A program made the position numbers and the translations under genes. Below, one piece after another: positions 17,817 through 27,082 of a stretch of DNA of 64,000 nucleotides (its first letter is position 1; every line of letters begins with the position of its first letter). Source of the DNA: an uncultured Armatimonadia bacterium (GTDB lineage Bacteria; Armatimonadota; Zipacnadia; CAVVLO01); the NCBI GenBank assembly GCA_963749155.1, contig CAVVLO010000002.1:1152001-1216000 (forward strand), in the 5' to 3' direction. Under the pieces are notes generated by a model, which was given only the letters and a program-made list of their open reading frames with translations, did not search any database and was not told the DNA's origin.

Positions 17817-19614
17817 GGATGCAGGTTTGATATTAGCCACTGATTGCGGCTCTACCACTACAAAAGCCATACTGGTAGAGAAACGCTCTGAAGGGTATCG
17901 GTTAGCGGGACGAGGCGAGGCGCCAACAACAGTAGAGGCTCCTTTCGACGATGTTACTATTGGAGTACTCAATGCCACATCGGAATTGGAGGAGACTACC
18001 AGGCGCAAGCTGCTAAATCCGGCGGGCGATGGGCTTCTTACAAAGAGTGCTTCTGCTGAAGCCGAACTGGACTTATATGTATCCACCTCGAGCGCCGGAG
18101 GCGGACTCCAGATGATGGTTGCCGGCGTGGTAGGCTCAATGACTGGCGAGAGCGCCCAACGCGCAGCCCTCGGCGCAGGCGCGATAGTGATGGACGTCAT
18201 CTCGGTTGATGATGGCCGCAGTCAATATGAACGAGTCGAACTGCTTCGCAGCCTTCGGCCTGACATGGTATTGCTTGCTGGCGGGACAGATGGAGGCACC
18301 ATCGTTCATGTTGCAGAGCTTGCCGAGACCCTGGTTGCCGCGAAACCAACACCCCGGTTTGGACTTAATTTCCGCTTGCCTCTGGTTTACGCGGGCAATG
18401 TGGAAGCTCGAGATGAAGTACAACGGTTACTTGCCGAGATTGCAGACGTCCGCCTGGTCGCGAATCTGAGGCCAGCCCTGGATTCAGAAAACCTGGGCCC
18501 GGCGCGCGAAGCCATCCACGAGTTGTTTCTGGATCATGTGATGCAGCAAGCACCCGGTTATCCTCGACTAACAAGCTGGGTGGCGGCGGATATTATGCCA
18601 ACTCCCTCGGCAGTTGGTTACCTGGTGCAGTTGGTAGCAGAAGCAGAACAGCTCAATGTGTTGGCAGTTGATATCGGAGGCGCCACGACTGATGTGTTTT
18701 CTGTTTTCAACGGCAACTACACCCGCACAGTAAGCGCCAATCTGGGTATGAGTTACAGCATCCAGAACGTCGTGAAAGAGGCAGGTATCGATCGCATCTT
18801 ACGCTGGCTGCCTTTTGAGACCCCTGCAGAGGCTGTACGAACTCAACTGAAGAACAAGATGATCCGCCCTACTACTATCCCTCAACGCAACGATGATTTG
18901 CTGATTGAGCAAGCAGTGGCAAGAGAGGCGTTGAGACTGGCGCTAGACCATCATAACCAGCTTGCTGTGAGTTTGAAAGGTATACAACAGATACGTACGA
19001 TTGGCGAAGCCCTGACACAGGAAGGCAGTGGGCGTCGACTGGTCGATATGAACAACGTGGACTTGCTTATAGGGAGCGGTGGAGTATTGTCTCACGCGCC
19101 CAGGCGCTGGCAAGCCGCGTTGATGTTGATTGATGCTTTTGAGCCGGCAGGATTCACCAGACTTGCGGTCGACAGCATCTTTATGATGCCCCAACTGGGA
19201 GTTCTGGCCTCGGTACATCGAGAGGCTGCTCTTGAAGTCTTCGAGCGAGACTGCCTTCTGCCGCTTGGCGCAGTAATCGCTCCTTTTGGGGTTCCTGCGC
19301 GAGCGGGGGTGTCGTTGGGTAAAGCAATAGTTACTACTCCGACTGGAGCTGTCGAGCTGGAGCTTCTAGCTGGAGAACTCCAGCTTGTACCACCCTGGGG
19401 AGATGGACTGGCCAAGCTTGTTGTAGAGCCAGGCCGGAAGTGGGATGTTGGCGCCGGGCCCGGGCATCCTCTGGAAGTTACGGTGGAGGGAGGCCAGGTT
19501 GGATTGATCTTCGATTGCCGAGGTCGTCCTCTGGTGATACCTGAATCTCGCAAGGAATCATGTGTATATAACGAAAGGAGCCTGGTCGAACTTGCCAGGG
19601 GAGGAGATCACTGA
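17797..19614 (+). CDS. GlmL/MutL-like ASKHA-fold ATPase (glutamate mutase L family) with a C-terminal extension
   Basis: TDCGSTTTK, SSAGGGL, LAGGTDGG, IMPTP, VDIGGATTDVFS and GSGGVL motifs. Confidence 0.85.
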   Translation: MIAMGLEDAGLILATDCGSTTTKAILVEKRSEGYRLAGRGEAPTTVEAPFDDVTIGVLNATSELEETTRRKLLNPAGDGLLTKSASAEAELDLYVSTSSAGGGLQMMVAGVVGSMTGESAQRAALGAGAIVMDVISVDDGRSQYERVELLRSLRPDMVLLAGGTDGGTIVHVAELAETLVAAKPTPRFGLNFRLPLVYAGNVEARDEVQRLLAEIADVRLVANLRPALDSENLGPAREAIHELFLDHVMQQAPGYPRLTSWVAADIMPTPSAVGYLVQLVAEAEQLNVLAVDIGGATTDVFSVFNGNYTRTVSANLGMSYSIQNVVKEAGIDRILRWLPFETPAEAVRTQLKNKMIRPTTIPQRNDDLLIEQAVAREALRLALDHHNQLAVSLKGIQQIRTIGEALTQEGSGRRLVDMNNVDLLIGSGGVLSHAPRRWQAALMLIDAFEPAGFTRLAVDSIFMMPQLGVLASVHREAALEVFERDCLLPLGAVIAPFGVPARAGVSLGKAIVTTPTGAVELELLAGELQLVPPWGDGLAKLVVEPGRKWDVGAGPGHPLEVTVEGGQVGLIFDCRGRPLVIPESRKESCVYNERSLVELARGGDH

Positions 19615-20726
19615 TGGCGACCGCTTACACGGCAGGGCTTAGAGTAAGCAGCTCAGCCACAGTGCGCAAGGAACGCAAGCTCCCTTTGCTGGGCGAAGTG
19701 TTGGTTAAGGCAGGTGACCGGGTCGCACCTGAAACCGTGCTGGCAAAAGCCGACAGGCCTGGACTGCTGTCCTCGCTGCACCTGGCAGACAAGCTTGGTG
19801 TTGATGCCGATGCACTCCAGGCGGCGTTGCTTGTCAAAGAGGGAGACTCAGTCGAAGAAGGCCAGCTCCTGGGTGAGCACAAGTCCTTCTTTGGGATGTT
19901 TACCTCAAAGGTCATCGCTCCACATGCAGGCACAGTGGAGTTTATCTCTGCCGTTACTGGCAACCTGGGTTTGAGGCGGGCGCCCACTCCCCTCGAGTTA
20001 AAGGCCTTTATAGCGGGCGAAGTGCTGGAAGTCCTTCCCGAACAGGGAGCCGTCCTTGAAGCAAAGGGAGCTTTTGTACAGGGAATATTCGGCGTTGGGG
20101 GCGAAGCAGTCGGCGAACTTGCGCTTGCAGTGGAATCTCCAGATGAGGTGCTTGTGGCGTTGCCAGAGCAAATCGCAGGCAAGGTGCTAATCGCAGGAGC
20201 AGGGGTCAGCGATGACGTGCTGGCAGCGTTACTTGTGAATCCTCCGGCGGCACTGGTTGTGGGCAGTCTGGTTGATAGTCAGCTTGCCAGCTTGCTTGGC
20301 GTAGAATTGGGTGTTGCAATAACTGGCAAAGAGCGTCTTGGTATGACGGTAGTTCTGACTGAAGGCTTTGGCCAATTGGCAATGGCAAGTCGGACCTTCA
20401 ATGTTTTTGCAGGTCTGGTTGGCAAGCAAGCGTCCGTCAGTGGAGCGACTCAGATACGCGCGGGAGTCTTAAGACCAGAGGTAATAGTGCCCCTTGAGGC
20501 CTCGGAAGGCGCTGAAGCCTCTAAAACTGGAACCGAGCTAGTGGCGGGGGCGAGAATACGACTTATCCGCGAGCCTTATTTTGGTTTGCTGGGACACGTC
20601 CTGGCACTCCCCGAGCAGCCTGTAGAGCTTGAGACTGGCGCCATCGTCAGAGTGCTGGAAGCCGAACTGGATTCTGGTCCAACGGTGCAGGTTCCACGCG
20701 CCAATGTGGAGTTGTTTGAAGATTGA
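19614..20726 (+). CDS. Hypothetical protein with barrel-sandwich-hybrid repeats and a KOW/SH3-like C-terminus
   Basis: GEVLVKAGDRV, LVKEGDSVEEGQLL..APHAGTV, QGIFGVGGE, LTEGFG, TQIRAGVLRPE and IRLIREPYFG; TGATG coupling to the GlmL-like gene. Confidence 0.82.
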   Translation: MATAYTAGLRVSSSATVRKERKLPLLGEVLVKAGDRVAPETVLAKADRPGLLSSLHLADKLGVDADALQAALLVKEGDSVEEGQLLGEHKSFFGMFTSKVIAPHAGTVEFISAVTGNLGLRRAPTPLELKAFIAGEVLEVLPEQGAVLEAKGAFVQGIFGVGGEAVGELALAVESPDEVLVALPEQIAGKVLIAGAGVSDDVLAALLVNPPAALVVGSLVDSQLASLLGVELGVAITGKERLGMTVVLTEGFGQLAMASRTFNVFAGLVGKQASVSGATQIRAGVLRPEVIVPLEASEGAEASKTGTELVAGARIRLIREPYFGLLGHVLALPEQPVELETGAIVRVLEAELDSGPTVQVPRANVELFED

Positions 20727-21691
20727 GCCGAGTTAAGGCTGTAAAGAAAGTGCTTACGATCGGCTCTTGCATGGTGGAGATAACTCCCACAGAAGCCGGT
20801 CAGACCATACGTGACGCGCATACTCTTTATAAGTATGCCAACGGGTCAGTGTCCATCTTTGCCTCTGCAGTTGCCCGCCTTGGGGTGCCTATTACCGTGG
20901 TCTCGCGAGTGGGCGCTGATGAGCTTGGCGAATTCATGATTCAGGCACTGGCCGAGCTAGGTGTGGATTCGAGTCTGGTAAAGCCAGTGCCAGGGATGCA
21001 GACACCCGTATCTTTCTGTTCAGTGGACCAGGAAGGGGGCAAGAAGTTCGATTTCTACAGATTCCCTGGCTATTCGGATCCTATGACGGAAGTCTCACAG
21101 GCTGATTTTCCGCAGCCACTGTTTGAAGGTTATGGGTTGTTTGACTTCTCCGAAAATATGCTCCGCAGCAGCAAGCAACGCTCAGCGGTTTTGACCGCGG
21201 CAGCACGAGCGCGCAAAGCTGGTTGCATGGTAGTCTACGCCGTCAATCTGCGCTTTTCAGCCTGGCAGGAGCCAGAGACAACGATCCGGACCCTCCAGAA
21301 GCGCGCCCTGGGTGTTGCGAAGGTGGCAGTGATGAACTCTGAGGAGTTAGCCTTCATCACCAAAACCAACGATGTGAGCGCTGGCTGCTCCAAAATACAT
21401 GAACTTGGCCCTGAGCTAGTGGCAGTGACCAGTGGCGGGGGACCGACCATACTTTCAAGTGAGAAAGGCCTGCTAGAGATTCCGCCTTTTGAAGTCGAAG
21501 TGATTTACGATGTGGGGGCTGGCGATTGTTTCCACGGGGGATTGGTCGTCGGACTGGCAAACGGGCTTGCTCCAGCAAGCGCGGGGCTTTTAGCCAACGC
21601 CGTTGCGGCGTGGAGAGTGTCCAGGGCGCCACGTCTTGAGGATCTACCGACACTTTCTCAAGTGGAAGATTTCATCGCAAGTCGGCGTTAG
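20723..21691 (+). CDS. PfkB-family carbohydrate kinase
   Basis: RVGADELG and DVGAGDCFHGG PfkB signatures. Confidence 0.88.
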   Translation: MSRVKAVKKVLTIGSCMVEITPTEAGQTIRDAHTLYKYANGSVSIFASAVARLGVPITVVSRVGADELGEFMIQALAELGVDSSLVKPVPGMQTPVSFCSVDQEGGKKFDFYRFPGYSDPMTEVSQADFPQPLFEGYGLFDFSENMLRSSKQRSAVLTAAARARKAGCMVVYAVNLRFSAWQEPETTIRTLQKRALGVAKVAVMNSEELAFITKTNDVSAGCSKIHELGPELVAVTSGGGPTILSSEKGLLEIPPFEVEVIYDVGAGDCFHGGLVVGLANGLAPASAGLLANAVAAWRVSRAPRLEDLPTLSQVEDFIASRR

Positions 21692-21718
21692 CAGAGCAAA
21701 ACTTGTATATAAATGAGA

Positions 21719-21747
21719 AGCCCCGGCTGGGAGTTCCAGCCGGGGCT
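21719..21747. terminator. Intrinsic terminator hairpin between convergent pfkB and csp
   Basis: agccccggctgg-gagtt-ccagccggggct, a perfect 12-bp stem. Confidence 0.8.
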
Positions 21748-21768
21748 CTGGGTTGGCTAGAGTTCAGG

Positions 21769-21978
21769 TTACCACTGAGAGATAACCTGTACGTTCACCG
21801 CCTGCGGCCCCTTGTCGCTCTCTTCGATGTCGAAGGAAACGGCCTGGCCCTCTTCGAGAGACCTCCAACCGTCGCCGCCAACAGCCGAGAAGTGGACGAA
21901 GACGTCTTTGCCCTCTTCGCGTGCGATGAAACCGTACCCTTTCTGGTCATTAAACCATTTTACCGTACCAACAGCCAT
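21769..21978 (-). CDS. csp: Cold-shock protein
   Basis: [15 protein letters not shown] and DVFVHFSA (RNP1/RNP2); AGGAGG ribosome-binding site. Confidence 0.95.
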   Translation of the reverse strand: MAVGTVKWFNDQKGYGFIAREEGKDVFVHFSAVGGDGWRSLEEGQAVSFDIEESDKGPQAVNVQVISQW

Positions 21979-22047
21979 GTCGAACCTCCTGATGTGGCGG
22001 ACCTTGCTTGCATCCGCCCTTCCTGGAGTCGGGTGACTCCAAGCCGT

Positions 22048-22075
22048 AGTGTAACACATATACTGAAAAGGTCAA
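22048..22075 (-). promoter_or_regulatory. Putative csp promoter
   Basis: Minus strand TTGACC, 16-bp spacer, TG-n-TACACT; a ggagtc/gactcc hairpin lies in the 5' UTR. Confidence 0.5.
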
Positions 22076-22177
22076 GGCCAAAAGGCGAACAAAGTCCTTT
22101 TCAAAGCGATTCTAACCCAAAATACCTGCCAGTAAGCCGAAGGAAGGGCTTCTGGAGGCACGAAAGGGGGGCCGGAG

Positions 22178-24142
22178 GTGGGCTTGTTGCTGATTCTTAC
22201 GGTAGTTGGACTTATGCTAGTTTTATTACTGCCGGGCCTTGTCCATGCAGAGCCTGTCCTAAGGCTCGAAGCCTCTTGCCAGGCGGCCGAGTTGGCTTTC
22301 TTTGGTCTGGACACTGAAGGCACAGGAAGAGAAACGCAGAACCTCTTGCGCACAGATTCGGCAGTGACGCTGCACTCTGATGGAGCTCCAGTCGAGCTGG
22401 TGACTGCTACTAGCCGCCAGAATTCGGCTTCTTATCGCGTAAGGACACAAAGCGGAGCCGAGTTGCTTTGGCGGCTTGCGTGGTCCAAGGGCCAGTTGGA
22501 GTGCAGTTTCGAGACACGCGGCCAGGCCCCGGTGCCGATTAGCCTTACTTTCCCCTTTGATGCGCGCGTTACAGCCACGACCTTGCTTGCCTCCGACTGG
22601 ACCAAGGCAGGTTCGACAATTACACCAGCTCTTCTGAGTGTGCCCGATTTTGGACAACTGTTGATCACAGCCAAAGACAATCCCCTGCACTTGCGGTTGT
22701 CAGGAAATTACAGCCGGCGAGAAGTCGACGTTCTCATTGAGACCACGTGTGTCCCTGGCAAGCCAGTAAAGATCACTTTGTCACCATACTGCCTCACAGT
22801 ACCTGAGCGAGTGGATTCGGCGATGTGGAAGCTGGCTCGCAGAGGCTGGTTTGGCGCGCTTGAGGCGCTTGCGGACAACGGAGCGGATGCCTGGAACCTT
22901 CCAACTGGGCAAGCGCTGGTGAGAGAGCTTCATCCACCAGGGATGCTGGGTAATGAGGTCATCAGTGGGAATGCTACGTGCTCGACATGGTTCTATGCCG
23001 ACCAGGTGCTCTGGATCCCAGAGGTCGCGCCGGGCGTCAGTGTTGCTCAGATGCTGCGCAGGACACTGGATATCACTTTAGATACCAGGCTGGAACCTTC
23101 AGGCCGGCTGATTTGCTACTGGATGCCAACTCATATTGGCGCTTATGCGGATTTTCTGGACTCCCAGCCCTCGGTGTTGATCTCGGCCTGGGATTATGTC
23201 GAGGCAACAGGTGATGTGGCGTGGCTCAGGCAACGGATCGATGAGTTGGAGCTTGTCGCTTCCTATCTTGCAGCCCGCGATGTAAACGGCGACGGGCTGG
23301 TAGAAGCCGTTCAAAGTGGCAACGATGGGACGCTGGTTGATCCGGCGCGCGGGGCGTCCTGGTGGGATGCCGTCGATACAGGCTGGCAGGATGGTTATAC
23401 CAATGCTCTTACCTTCCGAGCCTGGTGCTGCCTGGCCGAGCTGGAGGAGAGACTGGGTAGACAAGCCCAGGCTGAGTCTTTCCGCAGGTTGGCACGCCTT
23501 TTGAAGCAAGCCTATGCGCCTGCCTTGTGGGCTGAGGAAAATGGTTGGCTTGGCTGGTGGCGCAGTCAGGACGGAGTTTTACACGACCCAGCGGCGATTC
23601 TCGTCAACAGCCTCGCAATCGAATATGGCTTGCTGGACAAAGCCACAGGTAAAGCCGTGCTTGCTCGTTTCCATAGAGAGCTCGAGAGAGCTGGTTACAC
23701 AAGATTGGATTTGGGAGTGCCTGCAAGCCTTAGGCCTTTTAGACCTGAAGAGTATCTGCTGGGCATAACTCCTGGTATCTGCGGAGTGCCAGGACAGGCA
23801 GATGGTTCAGACACACTGGGCCAGTACCAGAATGGCGGAGTGCATGCAGGTCATACATTACACTGGCTTGCAGCTCACTACGTCGCAGGCGAAACCGAAT
23901 ATGCCGATTCGGTGCTGCAGCAGATGCTGGAAAGGCAGGCGAAAGGGCTCTTCCAGAATGGTGTATGGGGCGAATCGGGCAAGGGAATCGAGTGGACAAA
24001 CTGGCAGGGGCAGCCCACGGGGGCGGACGGCTATCTGGCAGACAATTTTCGCTTTCTGCAGGCGCTCTTTCTACGTGATCCAGAGCTTCGGAAAGGCTAT
24101 TACCGGCCCATTGAAAGGCTCAGAGAAGGGCAACCTGGCTGA
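22178..24142 (+). CDS. Secreted (alpha/alpha)6-barrel glycosidase-like protein
   Basis: Signal peptide; AWDYVEATGDVAWL, DVNGDGLVE, SWWDAV, DGYTNAL and YQNGG motifs typical of six-hairpin glycosidases. Confidence 0.75.
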   Translation: MGLLLILTVVGLMLVLLLPGLVHAEPVLRLEASCQAAELAFFGLDTEGTGRETQNLLRTDSAVTLHSDGAPVELVTATSRQNSASYRVRTQSGAELLWRLAWSKGQLECSFETRGQAPVPISLTFPFDARVTATTLLASDWTKAGSTITPALLSVPDFGQLLITAKDNPLHLRLSGNYSRREVDVLIETTCVPGKPVKITLSPYCLTVPERVDSAMWKLARRGWFGALEALADNGADAWNLPTGQALVRELHPPGMLGNEVISGNATCSTWFYADQVLWIPEVAPGVSVAQMLRRTLDITLDTRLEPSGRLICYWMPTHIGAYADFLDSQPSVLISAWDYVEATGDVAWLRQRIDELELVASYLAARDVNGDGLVEAVQSGNDGTLVDPARGASWWDAVDTGWQDGYTNALTFRAWCCLAELEERLGRQAQAESFRRLARLLKQAYAPALWAEENGWLGWWRSQDGVLHDPAAILVNSLAIEYGLLDKATGKAVLARFHRELERAGYTRLDLGVPASLRPFRPEEYLLGITPGICGVPGQADGSDTLGQYQNGGVHAGHTLHWLAAHYVAGETEYADSVLQQMLERQAKGLFQNGVWGESGKGIEWTNWQGQPTGADGYLADNFRFLQALFLRDPELRKGYYRPIERLREGQPG

Positions 24143-24168
24143 AGGGCGGCCGGATGCGGAAGTCAAGA

Positions 24169-24285
24169 TTCTCCACACTCTGTGGAAAGAGTTGTGGAGA
24201 AATAGCTAGGGATTGTACAAGTTTACTAGCGAGAACCCTTCGCCAAAGAGACTCCCCACAGGCTTTCTACACATACTGTGGAGAA
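24169..24285. promoter_or_regulatory. Cluster of six DnaA-box-like 9-mers
   Basis: TTCTCCACA 24169, TGTGGAAAG 24181, TGTGGAGAA 24193, CTCCCCACA 24252, TTCTACACA 24265 and TGTGGAGAA 24277. Confidence 0.7.
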
Positions 24286-24287
24286 AT

Positions 24288-24914
24288 TCAGCCTGACTCT
24301 CTGATTTCTTCGGCTTCTGTCGCCAGAGCTTTACGCAGGTCGAGTATGTATTTTACAAAGGCCTCGAGGTCTTCGGGAAACTTTCCATCAGGCCAGGTAC
24401 GTGAGACGCCACCGACGCCTCTCCAATAGCTGGCAACAGCCATCCGCTCCTTCTGTTCGTGGTCTTTGAAGAAGGCAAGACTCCGGTACAAATAGCGAAC
24501 ACAGCCCTGTATACCCTGCAGGGGGTCCAGTGGATTGTCTACGCCATAATCGGCAGCGGTGCCTGGAAGCATTTGGGCGATGCCCAAAGCTCCGGCAGTT
24601 GATACAGCATCTGGCCGGAAACTGGATTCACGACTGAGGACAGCTGCGACCAGGTGGCAGTCAACAGGTTCTTTGGCTGCGAGGCGTGACTGCAGGTCGA
24701 TAGCCTGGGCGATAGAGGTCGCGTATTCCTCTGGCATCTTGGGATTGCGTTTCCGGATGTGGTTGTAGATAGCTACACCGTCGGGTGAGAGGACGGAGAG
24801 TTCGCAAGGCTCGAGTGAGCCATAGATACCGACTTCGGCAGGGGGCGCTGGAGCGGCAGCAGGCTGGTTGGCCATCCCCATCAGGAAGACGAGTCCAAGC
24901 AGAAGGGCCTCCAT
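24288..24914 (-). CDS. Lytic transglycosylase (SLT domain)
   Basis: AVLSRESSFRPDAVSTAGALGIAQMLPGTA; N-terminal signal peptide. Confidence 0.9.
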   Translation of the reverse strand: MEALLLGLVFLMGMANQPAAAPAPPAEVGIYGSLEPCELSVLSPDGVAIYNHIRKRNPKMPEEYATSIAQAIDLQSRLAAKEPVDCHLVAAVLSRESSFRPDAVSTAGALGIAQMLPGTAADYGVDNPLDPLQGIQGCVRYLYRSLAFFKDHEQKERMAVASYWRGVGGVSRTWPDGKFPEDLEAFVKYILDLRKALATEAEEIRESG

Positions 24915-24971
24915 TGTGTCTTCTCCTAAAGCTAGTGTGTAGTGGCTGCGACAAGTGCTGCAAGACAGGGT

Positions 24972-26426
24972 TCAACCTTTTATGACAGCAAGTGGCTCCA
25001 TCCGGGCGACTTTGTTAGCAAGGCCAGCGCCAACGGTAACCTCGACCACCTCGGTGACGTCCTTATAAGCCACGGGCGCCTCTTCGAGCAGAGTCTTCTT
25101 ACTGGCACTCAGGACTAGTATACCCTGCTGTTCGAGCTGGCCTGCCAAGTCAATCCCCTTCAACTGACGAAGCGCGGCGGAACGACTTAGCTGTCTACCT
25201 GCTCCATGGCAAGCGGAGCCCCAAGTCTTCTGCATCGCCCCTGGCGCGCCGCATAAAAGGTACGAAGCCCTGCCCATATCTCCTGGCACAAGGACTGGTT
25301 GGCCAACTGAGCGATAATCGTCAGGCACCTCGAGATTGCCTGGTCCAAAGGCTCGAGTAGCTCCTTTGCGATGCACACAGAGGGCTTGCTGAGCGCCAGC
25401 TACCTGGTGAGTCTCAAGTCGGGCCAGGTTGTGGGCAACATCGTAAAGGACATTGAGCCCAAGCGAGGCAGGGGCGGCGTGGAAGACGCGTTCGAAAGCG
25501 TGGCGTATCTGCTCGGTAATCAGTTGCCTATTGCAGAAGGCGTAATTTGCGGCCGCTGTCATTGCACCGAAATAACGCCTGCCTTCTTCCGAATTGAGTG
25601 GAGCAGAACAGAGTTCTTTATCTGGCAGGCTGAGCCCGAAGCGGTGGCTGGCATCCAGCAGCAAGCGCAGGTAGTCAGTACAGACCTGATGACCGAGGCC
25701 GCGCGAACCACAATGGAACATCACCAGCACCTGGCCTGGACCACTAAGGCCAAAAGCATCGGCGGCTTGCTCATCGAATAATTCGGTTACAACCTGGATT
25801 TCCACAAAATGATTGCCACTGCCCAGCGTTCCGAGTTGAGAAGCCCCTCGTTCCAAAGCGGCTTTGGAAACCTCCTCTGGAAGGGCGCCCAATAGGCAGC
25901 CCTTACTTTCCGAGTGGGCCAGATCTGCTGGTTGACCATAACCTTGTGCGACTGCCCAACTGGCGCCATCAGCCAAGACTTTGCTTAGGTCCTTGCTAGA
26001 GAGATTGAGCGAACTTGTACAACCAACTCCTGAGGGAATGGTTGAAAAAAGGTGATGCAACAGATCGCGAAGGCGCGGGGTGACCTCCTCGGCATCAAGG
26101 TGAGTAGTAAGCAAGCGCACCCCGCAGTTGATGTCATAACCGACTCCACCCGGTGAGATAAGCCCTTGCTTGCCATCGAAGGCAGCAACCCCACCGATTG
26201 GGAATCCATACCCGTAATGCATATCCGGGATTGCCAGTGCCTGGCCGATTACCCCAGGAAGAGAAGCGACATTGGCGATCTGCTGCCAGGTTCCATCCTC
26301 GATTACCTGATCAAGCAAGTGCCGAGAGGCAAAGAGCAAGCCGTCAGTCAGCATGGTGGGTGCATTCGTTTTGGGGAGGAGCCATTCATACTCGGCTAGT
26401 CTTTCAAAGGCAGGTTTACAACTCAT
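24972..26426 (-). CDS. rtcB: RtcB RNA ligase
   Basis: PDMHYGYGFPIG, GYDINCG, GNHF, HCGSRG, HRKGA and HGAGR motifs. Confidence 0.95.
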   Translation of the reverse strand: MSCKPAFERLAEYEWLLPKTNAPTMLTDGLLFASRHLLDQVIEDGTWQQIANVASLPGVIGQALAIPDMHYGYGFPIGGVAAFDGKQGLISPGGVGYDINCGVRLLTTHLDAEEVTPRLRDLLHHLFSTIPSGVGCTSSLNLSSKDLSKVLADGASWAVAQGYGQPADLAHSESKGCLLGALPEEVSKAALERGASQLGTLGSGNHFVEIQVVTELFDEQAADAFGLSGPGQVLVMFHCGSRGLGHQVCTDYLRLLLDASHRFGLSLPDKELCSAPLNSEEGRRYFGAMTAAANYAFCNRQLITEQIRHAFERVFHAAPASLGLNVLYDVAHNLARLETHQVAGAQQALCVHRKGATRAFGPGNLEVPDDYRSVGQPVLVPGDMGRASYLLCGAPGAMQKTWGSACHGAGRQLSRSAALRQLKGIDLAGQLEQQGILVLSASKKTLLEEAPVAYKDVTEVVEVTVGAGLANKVARMEPLAVIKG

Positions 26427-26485
26427 CTCAGCCACCAGGAGCGCTCCGGAGCAGAAGGATGCGTTCTTGTATTGATTATAACTTC

Positions 26486-27082
26486 TCAGCGCGCTCCTGA
26501 GCTTCTGGCACTTCCACATATTGGACAATCTGCATCTTCTGGAGGATACCAGGCGCCACAGCTTGCACATTCGTGCCAGCCCTTCAATCGGCGGTATTGC
26601 TGGAGCTTCAACTCCTTCAGTCGAATAGTCCGTATCGAATCTCTTAAAGCTGGATCCAGTTCTGCAAGGGCTTCTTCAATGGCTGCCAGCAGGCCTGGTT
26701 CAAGTGTAATCGCCTCGAGATCTGGCGCCTCAAGGACTGTACTCTCCACCGATTCTTCCTGCCGGCGAATTCGTGGCATTGCGGCTGTAAAACGGAGCGA
26801 GGAGGCGACCTCTGCGCCTAGCCTGCGATTGAGCGCGCGCCTGAGTTTGGTGGCTTGTGCAGAAAGCTCCTGTGCCCACACGCTGCTTGTGACCGTCACC
26901 TTCACAACCCCTTCATTGACCGCAACATAACGCGTTACAGCAGCAATCTCAGGGCCAGCGACTTCCGCCCAGAGAGAAGGGATCCATTGCTCGAGCGCTG
27001 TCCGGCGTTGAGGCACCTTGTGGAGAAAAGGCCCAAGCGCGTTGCTTATGCTGTCCAGGTTGCTTCGCCTACGCCTGGCCAC
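26486..27082 (-). CDS. dciA: DciA/DUF721-family protein with a C-terminal zinc ribbon
   Basis: WAEVAGPEIAAVT...SSVWAQEL and CASCG...CPIC; follows recF. Start position is uncertain. Confidence 0.8.
   Translation of the reverse strand: MARRRRSNLDSISNALGPFLHKVPQRRTALEQWIPSLWAEVAGPEIAAVTRYVAVNEGVVKVTVTSSVWAQELSAQATKLRRALNRRLGAEVASSLRFTAAMPRIRRQEESVESTVLEAPDLEAITLEPGLLAAIEEALAELDPALRDSIRTIRLKELKLQQYRRLKGWHECASCGAWYPPEDADCPICGSARSSGAR

Noticed and set aside
17797..19614. A glutamate mutase pathway, or DNA mismatch repair MutL
   Set aside because: No glmS or glmE in the window, and the motifs are ASKHA rather than the GHKL type of mismatch-repair MutL.
21703..22317. 204-aa plus-strand ORF
   Set aside because: It spans a terminator and the antisense strand of the cold-shock gene.
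24169..24285. Mini CRISPR array
   Set aside because: The repeats are 9 bp in both orientations with 3-4 bp gaps, and no cas genes are present.
24154..24429. 91-aa ORF over the DnaA-box cluster
   Set aside because: It overlaps the SLT gene antisense, and its sequence is explained by the boxes.
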